A stretch of 64,000 bases of DNA from Bdellovibrionales bacterium (GTDB lineage: Bacteria; Bdellovibrionota; Bdellovibrionia; Bdellovibrionales; JAUICD01), in contig OZ253553.1 in the NCBI GenBank assembly GCA_965262715.1, forward strand, positions 1,280,001-1,344,000, given 5' to 3'. Shown one piece after another: positions 56,212 to 64,000 of this stretch (within the stretch, counting starts at the first letter, position 1; the number at the start of each line of letters is the position of its first letter). A program made the position numbers and the translations under genes. Below the pieces are notes generated by a model that saw only the letters and a list, made by a program, of their open reading frames with translations, ran no database searches and was not told the origin of the DNA.

Positions 56212-56423
56212 AAATCAAAAGTCATAGTGAAAAGGATTTAAAGAACACTTTAAGTCAAATAAGAAAAATCTAATGACAAATATTTTTACAGCTGTTGTTC
56301 ACAGTGATCACATTTAATATTATAAAAATAAATTACAGATACTTATACACTGACTTTAGATAAAAATATATTTTGATAAATGAAAGATAGAATTTGCGTA
56401 AGACGAGTTATAAAGTAAGTTAT

Positions 56424-56826
56424 GAGAAACCCATCTCAAAATATAGTTTTGCATTTTGCTTTTGTGAATTAAAAGTTAAAGCAGCAGATCACCGTTATAC
56501 CGGGATCTGGCATTCCGGCATAACCATTAAAGTTCAATTCTTCTATTTGATAGCAATGAAGTGGAGGCCAAGTAAGTGCAAAAGGTGATAAGAGCTAATG
56601 ATAAGAATGGGTAGAGGCTTGCCTCTAGAGGCTAGTCTCCCGAGTCTGATGTTAAGGCAATGATTTATGAAATTTAGGAAGTAAGTTGAAGATTCAGCTC
56701 AAGCCGGCAGCAGCTGTCGGCAACTGTTTGCCAGACTGCCTTGAAAAAAGTGTTACCGAAGTCCCTTGTAGCACACTTGCTAATACATTTATTTATAATA
56801 AGTTTATGGTTTTTGAGATGACTTCG
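56424..56826. mobile_element. Family A MITE with nested family D (about 56530-56699)
   Basis: ccatctcaaaa ... ttttgagatg ends; near-duplicate at 62314-62698. Confidence 0.65.
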
Positions 56827-56870
56827 AATTACAGGAGTTTGTATTTTTATGATACATACAAATAAATTTA

Positions 56871-58100
56871 TTAAGGTTGATAATTGTAGGATATCTGAAC
56901 CTTGACACCTTCTTCTGGAGGTGTATCAAATAAAATCTTATTTGATTCAGAGTCAAACTCCCAATTTGAACATTCTACAGTATTTTGAGATAGACTGCAA
57001 TTTAGAGTTATTGAATCTTCTACAACATTTGTATGCCTTAACATAACTTCATGGTATACCAAGATTTCTTCTATATGAGTACCTATATCAGCCATAATAG
57101 AGCTATAATCTGTAGCACAAATGCTACCTGTAATACCACCTGTTTTTTCAGCAAGATCAGCCACTTTATAATTAACATTCGGCTCCCGACCATTACACTC
57201 CACATCACCAGGTTCAACTATAAGACCATAAGCTGCAAACTGTTTAAACTCACCAAAATTATTTTTCACAGCTGTGATAATATCTGACGCTCTAACATTA
57301 GTTGTATCTGTGTCATCTGTTACTACAACAATAGCTAATAAGGCATTTTCTCTAAAGAATCCCTCTGGATGTGTCTCTGGAGAATTGATCATATTTAATA
57401 TACCTTCAAATTCAGTTATGGAATGACCTCCACCTTGTCTTGATGAGATTGTATTTAAAAAAACATCTCCAGGATTTCCTAATTGTGGACTTAGTATTTT
57501 GTTACCAACAAGCCCCATGTTGTTGTTCAATAAGTTATAAAATATTTTAGGCCAACCGACACCGACACCAAAAGCCGAACTGATAAAGGCCATTTGCCAA
57601 TCAACACGTTGAAGATTACTATTAAACAAATTACCAAACCGTTGTCCTAAATTTGTATGATTGTCATTCATTGAACCTGAATTATCTATCACCATAAGGA
57701 TATCTACTTCCTTTTGTTCACGAGCAGTTTGTGTTATAGAAAATGTGTGCGTTTCACTTGAATTGCCTCCATCTGATCCACCAGGAACTCCATTTGGATC
57801 ATTCTCTCCATCCGATCCACCAGGAACTCCATTCGGATTATTTTCTCCATCCGATCCACCAGGAACTCCACTTGAACCACCTGTTCCATCTGACCCACCA
57901 GGAACTCCATTTGAACCACCTGTTCCATCTTCACCATTAGGAACTCCATTCTTTGAATTATCTATTTCACTAGCTACTTTACGATTTGAAGGCGCAGAAC
58001 TAAGACTGCCTCCCTTACCGCAACCTATACCTACTAAACTTAAAAGCAAGAAACATAAACTAAGAATTTTAAAAGATTTTTTTATGATTTTTCTCTTCAC
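56871..58100 (-). CDS. VWA/MIDAS lipoprotein, paralog A
   Basis: Lipobox GIGC, four 13-aa Gly-rich repeats, VDILMVIDNSGSM, VVTDD. Confidence 0.9.
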   Translation of the reverse strand: MKRKIIKKSFKILSLCFLLLSLVGIGCGKGGSLSSAPSNRKVASEIDNSKNGVPNGEDGTGGSNGVPGGSDGTGGSSGVPGGSDGENNPNGVPGGSDGENDPNGVPGGSDGGNSSETHTFSITQTAREQKEVDILMVIDNSGSMNDNHTNLGQRFGNLFNSNLQRVDWQMAFISSAFGVGVGWPKIFYNLLNNNMGLVGNKILSPQLGNPGDVFLNTISSRQGGGHSITEFEGILNMINSPETHPEGFFRENALLAIVVVTDDTDTTNVRASDIITAVKNNFGEFKQFAAYGLIVEPGDVECNGREPNVNYKVADLAEKTGGITGSICATDYSSIMADIGTHIEEILVYHEVMLRHTNVVEDSITLNCSLSQNTVECSNWEFDSESNKILFDTPPEEGVKVQISYNYQP

Positions 58101-58130
58101 CTAAACCCATCCCTTATTATAAAACTAAAG

Positions 58131-58146
58131 AGCAATTTCAATACCA
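58131..58146 (-). promoter_or_regulatory. Sigma-54 promoter
   Basis: TGGTATTGAAATTGCT. Confidence 0.7.
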
Positions 58147-58360
58147 AAATTAAAAACTACAGTGAAAAGGCTTTAGAGAGTGTTTTAAGTTGAAATAAAA
58201 AAATCTAATGACAAATATTTTTACAGCTGTTGTTCAAAATGATCACATTTAATATTATAAAAATAAATTACAGATGCTTATACACTGACTTTAGACAAAA
58301 ATATATTTTGATAAATGAAAGATAGAATTTGTGTAACACGAGTTATAAAGTGAGTTATGA

Positions 58361-58545
58361 GAAAGCCATCTCAAAATATAGCTTTGCATTTTGCTTTTGC
58401 AAATTACAAAGTTAAAGCAGCAGATCACTACTATCCCGATATCCGACAGTCTGGCAGCACTTCCTGGGAATTGTTGCCTATGTATTTGGTAATATATTGA
58501 TAACGTGTTGCCTCATAATAAACTTATGGTTTTTGAGATGAGTTC
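58361..58545. mobile_element. Family A MITE (short form without family D)
   Basis: gaaagccatctcaaaa ... ttttgagatgagttc. Confidence 0.65.
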
Positions 58546-58896
58546 AAGCCGAACAATCCTCGACTTGAAATCGAGGGGTTCAAATAGAAGGGTCAATTAG
58601 AAATTGACTAAAAGTTATTAACTTGAGCCTACGGCAGGTTTCTGATCTGGCTCAGGCTAGCGGCTTAGGAGAAAAATTTTCAAAAGAAATTCATATTCTA
58701 TAATCAAGTTGTAAAGCCAAGAGAATATAAGGCACGGGGGCTGCCTGCTGCCAGTGAAGATACCTGCCGTAGGCTCTTTTACCCAAATTATTAACAACAA
58801 TTACTATACCTGATATTTATAAGCTCGTAAGTTCACATAAGTAAAAATTGAGCGTCGTCTAAAGACGAGGGATTTCAACCATCCCCGAAAAGGACA
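58543..58896 (-). mobile_element. Non-autonomous IS200/IS605-like element containing a family C hairpin at 58625-58776
   Basis: Subterminal hairpins tcgtct-aa-agacga and cctcga-cttgaaa-tcgagg. On the minus strand it follows TTTAA. It is absent from the sibling site near 56825 and has no TSD. Confidence 0.6.
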
Positions 58897-58936
58897 TTAA
58901 AGGAGTTTGTATTTTTATGATACATACATAAATTTA

Positions 58937-60100
58937 TTAAGGTTGATAATTGTAGGATATCTGAACCGTGACACCTGCTTCTGGAGGTGTATCAAATAAA
59001 ATCTTATTTGATTCAGCGTCAAACTCCCAATCTGGACATTCTATACTATTTTGAGATAGACTGCAAGTTAGGTTGACTGAACTTTCTACAACATTTGCGT
59101 GTCTCAACATAACTTCATGATATACCAAAATTTCTTCTATATGAGTGCCTATATTAGCCATAATAGAGCTGTAATCCGTAGCACAGATGCTACCTGTGAT
59201 ACCGCCTGTTTTTTGGGCAAGATCAGCTACTTTATAGTGAACATCCGGCTCTTGCTGATCACATTCTACATCACCAGGTTCAACTATAAGACCATAAGCT
59301 GCAAACTGTTTAAACTCACCAAAATTATCCTTTACAGCTGTAATAATATCTGAAGCTTTTACATCAGTTGTATCTCTTTCATCTGTCACTATAACAATAG
59401 CTAATAAAGCATCTGGTCTGAAAAATCCTGCTGGATGTGTCTCTGGAGAATTGATCATATTCAAAATAGTTTCAAACTCCATTGTAGAACAACCACTGCC
59501 TTGTCCTGAAGAAATTGTACTTCGGAAAATCTCCCCAGGATTTCCTAATTGTGGACTGAGTATTTGATGATTACCATCAATTCCTTTTAATTGATAAAAG
59601 TTATCATTTGGGCAGATACCAATAAAGGCCATTTGCCAATCAACACCTTGAAGATTACTATTAAACAAATTACCAAACCGTTGTCCTAAATTTGTATGAT
59701 TGTCACCCATTGAACCTGAATTATCTATCACCATAAGGATATCTACTTCCTTTTGTTCACGAGCAGTTTGTGTTATAGAAAATGTGTGCGTTTCACTTGA
59801 ATTGCCTCCATCTGAACCACCAGGAACTCCATTTGAGCCACCTGTTCCATCTGACCCGCCAGGAACTCCATTTGAGCCACCTGTTCCATCTGAACCACCA
59901 GGAACTCCATTTGAACCACCTGTTCCATCTTCACCATTAGGAACTCCATTCTTTGAATTATCTATTTCACTAGCTATTTTACGATTTGAAGGCGCAGAAC
60001 TAAGACTGCCTCCCTTACCGCAACCTATACCTACTAAACTTAAAAGCAAGAAACATAAACTAAGAATTTTAAAAGATTTTTTTATGATTTTTCTCTTCAC
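58937..60100 (-). CDS. VWA/MIDAS lipoprotein, paralog B
   Basis: As paralog A, with three Gly-rich repeats and IVTDE. Confidence 0.9.
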   Translation of the reverse strand: MKRKIIKKSFKILSLCFLLLSLVGIGCGKGGSLSSAPSNRKIASEIDNSKNGVPNGEDGTGGSNGVPGGSDGTGGSNGVPGGSDGTGGSNGVPGGSDGGNSSETHTFSITQTAREQKEVDILMVIDNSGSMGDNHTNLGQRFGNLFNSNLQGVDWQMAFIGICPNDNFYQLKGIDGNHQILSPQLGNPGEIFRSTISSGQGSGCSTMEFETILNMINSPETHPAGFFRPDALLAIVIVTDERDTTDVKASDIITAVKDNFGEFKQFAAYGLIVEPGDVECDQQEPDVHYKVADLAQKTGGITGSICATDYSSIMANIGTHIEEILVYHEVMLRHANVVESSVNLTCSLSQNSIECPDWEFDAESNKILFDTPPEAGVTVQISYNYQP

Positions 60101-60130
60101 CTAAACCCATCCCTTATTATAAAACTAAAG

Positions 60131-60146
60131 AGCAATTTCAATACCA
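60131..60146 (-). promoter_or_regulatory. Sigma-54 promoter
   Basis: TGGTATTGAAATTGCT. Confidence 0.7.
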
Positions 60147-60304
60147 AAATTAAAAACTACAGTGAAAAGGCTTTAGAGAGTGTTTTAAGTTGAAATAAAA
60201 AAATCTAATGACAAATATTTTTACAGCTGTTGTTCAAAATGATCACATTTAATATTATAAAAATAAATTACAGATGCTTATACACTGACTTTAGACAAAA
60301 ATAT

Positions 60305-62254
60305 CCTGAGTTTGGCAGTTGAAAAAATAAAGTTAAGTAATTTTAATTACTTAAAGGCACATTGAGATTTTGTGCCACTAGGTTTTTGTTTTTTAGTGTG
60401 GTTTTTAAGAAAAGTAAATTGCAGTAATGAAGTTATTCTACTTTAAGTTGTTTAGAAGGTATCTTAACTCCTATAGCTTTAAATACATCAGCATTGTTAC
60501 CGTTAATGTCTGTTCTGATCCAAATAGTTTTGTCTTTATATCTGACAGGTATAGCTCGTACTTCTTTCAGCTTTAACATAGCCTCTGCTACACTTAATGG
60601 TCTTGGCTTTATTCTCTTGCCTGTGGTCGCATTATCTTTTAATGTGATCTTTTTTTGATCTAACTTCTTAGCACAATAAGCCTCACATAAATAAGATAGA
60701 AAACATACAACTAAATGTCCTAATATTCTCTTGTCTGTCCAGTGGAACATAGGACGTGTCTTTAATGTACCCTTCAACTCTCTAAATGAATTCTCTACCT
60801 TCCATAACTGCTTATAGTTCATTATAATCTCTTCAGAGCTTAAATCTGTATTTGTAATTATTCCAAAAAAACCATCTGTCTTTTCTGACTCATTTATAGC
60901 TGACTTATTTAAAGTAGGCTTGCCTTTACTCTTAGGATGAGTGATGTATTTCTTATAATTACTATTAGATAAAAAAGATCTTGTGCTTATGGACTTCTTT
61001 GATAATTGAGCTTCTATCTTAGATAGAATATCTTCTCTTACTTTCTTATCTCGTTCTGCTCTCTTTCTTGACCATGTAATTATACAACGATCATTATTAT
61101 AGCTCGTCTCGTATATAGCTAAATCTTCATTTATAAATTTAAAATTCTTTATACTATATATCTCTTCATGACGATCCTTTAATAAACCTAGCTTTAATCC
61201 TACTATAAATTCATCTCCCTTTGCTTTTAGAGATTGGAGATTCTTATTAGAAAATAAACCTCTATCTCCTACTAATATAAATCTTCTGATCTTAAACTTC
61301 TTCTTTAACTTTGTCATAACTGAAGGTATTGTTTTACCTTCAAAGGTATTCCCGGGATAAACATCAAATCCTAAGGGCATACCTTCTGTATCTACTAAAA
61401 GTCCAAATACCACCTGGGTACAATCACTTCTTTTCTCTTTGCTATAACCAAATCTCCGAAGATTATCTAAATCCTCACGGGTGCTCTCAAACCTCAATGT
61501 CGTTAAATCATACAAAATAACATCACACTCATTGAAAAAACTTAACTGAGACTTACCTCGCATATAAAGACTCTTCTCTATATCTTCCTTATGGTGAGAT
61601 AGAATATCTAAAGAACGATAAATATCATCGATCTTAAGATCCTTCTCTAAAAAATCAGGGTAAAATAACTGTTGCCAATGTGAATATAATTTCAGCTTAG
61701 AACATGGCTCTATGAATCGATTTACAACTAATGTAAAAACTACCTTCATAAGATCAAATGCAACTTTAGGATGTCGCTTCTGTATATCTTTTAGTAATTC
61801 ATACAAACCCAATTGCTTAAATAGGGTATCTATAATAAGTAAGGGACCTAATATAAAAGTGTTCTGTACATCAATCTCTTTAGCTATTTGACTGGCAGAT
61901 ACAACATCTAAATGACGGCTTAGAAGAGCAAGAAGATCTTCTAGTCGAGCATCTTTAGCTCGGCCTAAAGACATGAGGGTTCTATGGTTACTTTTACCAT
62001 CTTTCCAATAGCTTTCAGCTATGTGATAGTAAGCTTGGCCTCTGGAGTTTTTTGTCTTCTTTATGAACATAGAGATATACTAGGATAAAAATATAAAAAA
62101 TCAAGTAAAATAAGTATATAATGCAGTGTATAATAATAAGTTGTTTCACTAGGACTTTTGACCAAAACTCAAACCCAATAACCCCTAACTACTATAAATA
62201 AAGCATTCTTTAAAAAAAATGTTCCGAAAATTAAAATTAACTGCCAAACTCAGG
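60305..62254 (-). mobile_element. IS1634-family insertion sequence (1950 bp)
   Basis: 16-bp perfect TIR CCTGAGTTTGGCAGTT and an ATAT duplication (60301-60304, 62255-62258), defined by the empty site at 58294-58310. Confidence 0.92.
60433..62070 (-). CDS. IS1634 DDE transposase
   Basis: YDLTTLRFE, FGYSKEKRSD, VGDRG and YKQLWKVENSFRELK..L..RP.FHW motifs. Confidence 0.93.
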   Translation of the reverse strand: MFIKKTKNSRGQAYYHIAESYWKDGKSNHRTLMSLGRAKDARLEDLLALLSRHLDVVSASQIAKEIDVQNTFILGPLLIIDTLFKQLGLYELLKDIQKRHPKVAFDLMKVVFTLVVNRFIEPCSKLKLYSHWQQLFYPDFLEKDLKIDDIYRSLDILSHHKEDIEKSLYMRGKSQLSFFNECDVILYDLTTLRFESTREDLDNLRRFGYSKEKRSDCTQVVFGLLVDTEGMPLGFDVYPGNTFEGKTIPSVMTKLKKKFKIRRFILVGDRGLFSNKNLQSLKAKGDEFIVGLKLGLLKDRHEEIYSIKNFKFINEDLAIYETSYNNDRCIITWSRKRAERDKKVREDILSKIEAQLSKKSISTRSFLSNSNYKKYITHPKSKGKPTLNKSAINESEKTDGFFGIITNTDLSSEEIIMNYKQLWKVENSFRELKGTLKTRPMFHWTDKRILGHLVVCFLSYLCEAYCAKKLDQKKITLKDNATTGKRIKPRPLSVAEAMLKLKEVRAIPVRYKDKTIWIRTDINGNNADVFKAIGVKIPSKQLKVE

Positions 62255-62313
62255 ATATATTTTGATAAATGAAAGATAGAGTTTGTGTAAGACGAGTTAT
62301 AAAGTGAGTTATG

Positions 62314-62698
62314 AGAAAGCCCTCTCAAAATATAGCTTTGCATTTTGCTTTTGCGAATTATTAAAAGCTAAAATAGCAAATCACCGTTATGCCGGGATCT
62401 GGCATTCCGGCATGACCATTAAAGTTCAATTCTTCTATTTGATAGCAATGAAGTGGAAGCCAAGCAAGTAAGAGGTGATAAGAGCTAATGATAAGAATGG
62501 GCAGAGGCGAACCTCTCGAGGCTAGCCTCTCGAGTCTGATCTTAGAGCAATGATTTATGAATTTTAGAAAGTAAATTGAAGATTCAGATCAAACCAGCAG
62601 CATCTGTCGGCAACTGTTTGCCAGCTTACCCAATTGCCTAAAGAATTACTCGGTAATACATTTATTTATAATAAATTTATGGTTTTTGAGATAAATTC
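62314..62698. mobile_element. Family A MITE with nested family D
   Basis: Near-duplicate of 56424-56826. Confidence 0.65.
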
Positions 62699-62743
62699 GC
62701 ATTATAAGAGTTTGTATTTTTATAATACACACAAATAAGTTTA

Positions 62744-63932
62744 TTAAGGTTGATAACGGTAAGACATCTGAACCTTAACGCCTTCTTCCGGAGGTGTATC
62801 AAATAAAATCTTATTTGATCCGGAGTCAAACTCCCAACTTGGACACTCTACAGCACTTTGAGACAGACTACAATTTAGAGTTATTGAATCTTCTACAACA
62901 TTTGTATGTCTTAACATAACTTCATGATATACCAAGATTTCTTCTATATGAGTACCTATATCAGCCATAATAGAGCTATAATCTTCAGCACAAATGCTAC
63001 CTGTAATACCACCTGTTTTTTCAGCAAGATCAGCCACTTTATAATTAACATTCGGCTCCCGACCATTACACTCCACATCACCAGGCTCACACAATGAGGC
63101 CATAAGTTGCAAACTGCTTAAGCTGTCCAAAACTACTTTCCACAGCTGTGATAATATCTGACGTTCTAACATTAGTTCTATCTGTGTCATCTGTTACTAT
63201 AACAATCGCTAATAAAGCATCTGGCCTAAAAAATCCTGCGGGATGTGTCTCTGGAGAATTGATCATATTTAATATACCTTGAAATTCAGTTGTGGAACAA
63301 CCTCCACCCTGTCCTGAAGAAATTGTACTTCGGAAAATCTCCCCAGGATTTCCTAATTGTGGACTAAGTACTTGATGGTTACCATTAATTCCTCTTAATT
63401 GATAAAAGTTATCATGTGGGCAGATACCAATGAAGGCCATTTGCCAATCAACACGTTGAAGATTACTATTAAACAAATTACCAAAACGTTGTCCTAAATT
63501 TGTATGATTGTCACCCATTGAACCTGAATTATCTATCACCATAAGGATATCTACTTCCTTTTGTTCACGAGCAGATTGTGTTATGGAAAAATTATAAGGT
63601 CTTTCATTTGAATTACCTCCGTCTGATCCACCAGGAACACCATTTGGATCATTTTCTCCATCTGATCCACCATGAACTCCACTTGAACCACCTGTTCCAT
63701 CTGACCCACCAGGAACTCCATTTGGATCATTTTCTTCATCTGATCCACCATGAACTCCATTTGATCCACCAGGAATCTCACTTTTTGAATTATCTATGTT
63801 GCTAGCCATCTCACGGCTTGAAGGTGCAGAAATAAGACTGCCTCCCTTACCACAACCTACACCTACTAAATTTAAAAGAAAAAAAGCTAAAACAAGAATT
63901 TTAAAAGAATTTTTTGTGATCTTTCTCTTCAT
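62744..63932 (-). pseudogene. VWA/MIDAS lipoprotein paralog C, frameshifted at about 63090 (real or assembly error)
   Basis: ATT GTG TGA GCC where the paralogs read I-V-E-P. One extra base splits it into ORFs 63087-63932 and 62744-63190. Confidence 0.8.
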
Positions 63933-63974
63933 TTAATCCTACCCCATATATTAAGTTTCCCTATAAAACTAAAG

Positions 63975-63990
63975 AGCAATTTTGATACCA
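63975..63990 (-). promoter_or_regulatory. Sigma-54 promoter
   Basis: TGGTATCAAAATTGCT. Confidence 0.7.
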
Positions 63991-64000
63991 AAATCAAAAA

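Noticed and set aside
56394..62471. Duplicated small ORFs at 56394-56588 and 62283-62471, also 54666-54854 and 31259-31684
   Set aside because: They run across MITE sequence or are antisense to pdxH, and the frame is not kept in the 58331 copy.
38106..63190. TGA readthrough or an alternative genetic code at rpoC and paralog C
   Set aside because: Both continue in a different frame, so they are indels, and TGA ends ordinary genes such as rpsG.
57661..63805. Repetitive antisense and alternative-frame ORFs over the VWA genes
   Set aside because: By-products of the 39-bp repeat.
54941..64000. Diversity-generating retroelement or shufflon as the source of array variation
   Set aside because: No reverse transcriptase, template repeat, adjacent invertase or inverted cassettes in the window. 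The differences are block-wise, not adenine-specific.

Overview
An AT-rich bacterial chromosome window, probably Bdellovibrionota. That assignment is an inference from the RpoB/RpoC sequence style, a Tad-like pair, an 'FQNC' secreted protein and VWA lipoproteins. Core genes are carAB, hinT, rnr, ubiB-like, lysR, xer-like, ychF, pdxH, the rplJ-rplL-rpoB-rpoC-rpsL-rpsG block, dprA, tRNA-Met and tRNA-Ser. They are interspersed with many lineage-specific exported or lipoprotein genes. Five things stand out. (1) A tandem array at 54.9-64 kb, possibly continuing past the edge, of four VWA/MIDAS lipoprotein paralogs; each has its own sigma-54 promoter, three carry variable 39-bp repeats, and sequence blocks are shuffled between copies. 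(2) Six correctly spaced sigma-54 -24/-12 boxes, all in front of lipoprotein genes. (3) Several families of dispersed palindromic intergenic elements; two show compensatory base changes and one sits nested inside four different outer mobile-element shells. (4) An intact IS1634-family element with TIRs, a TSD and an empty-site copy, plus IS200/IS605 and IS30 remnants. (5) Three single-base frameshifts, including one in rpoC, most likely assembly indels. No CRISPR array, rRNA or prophage was seen. All calls are by eye, without database searches.
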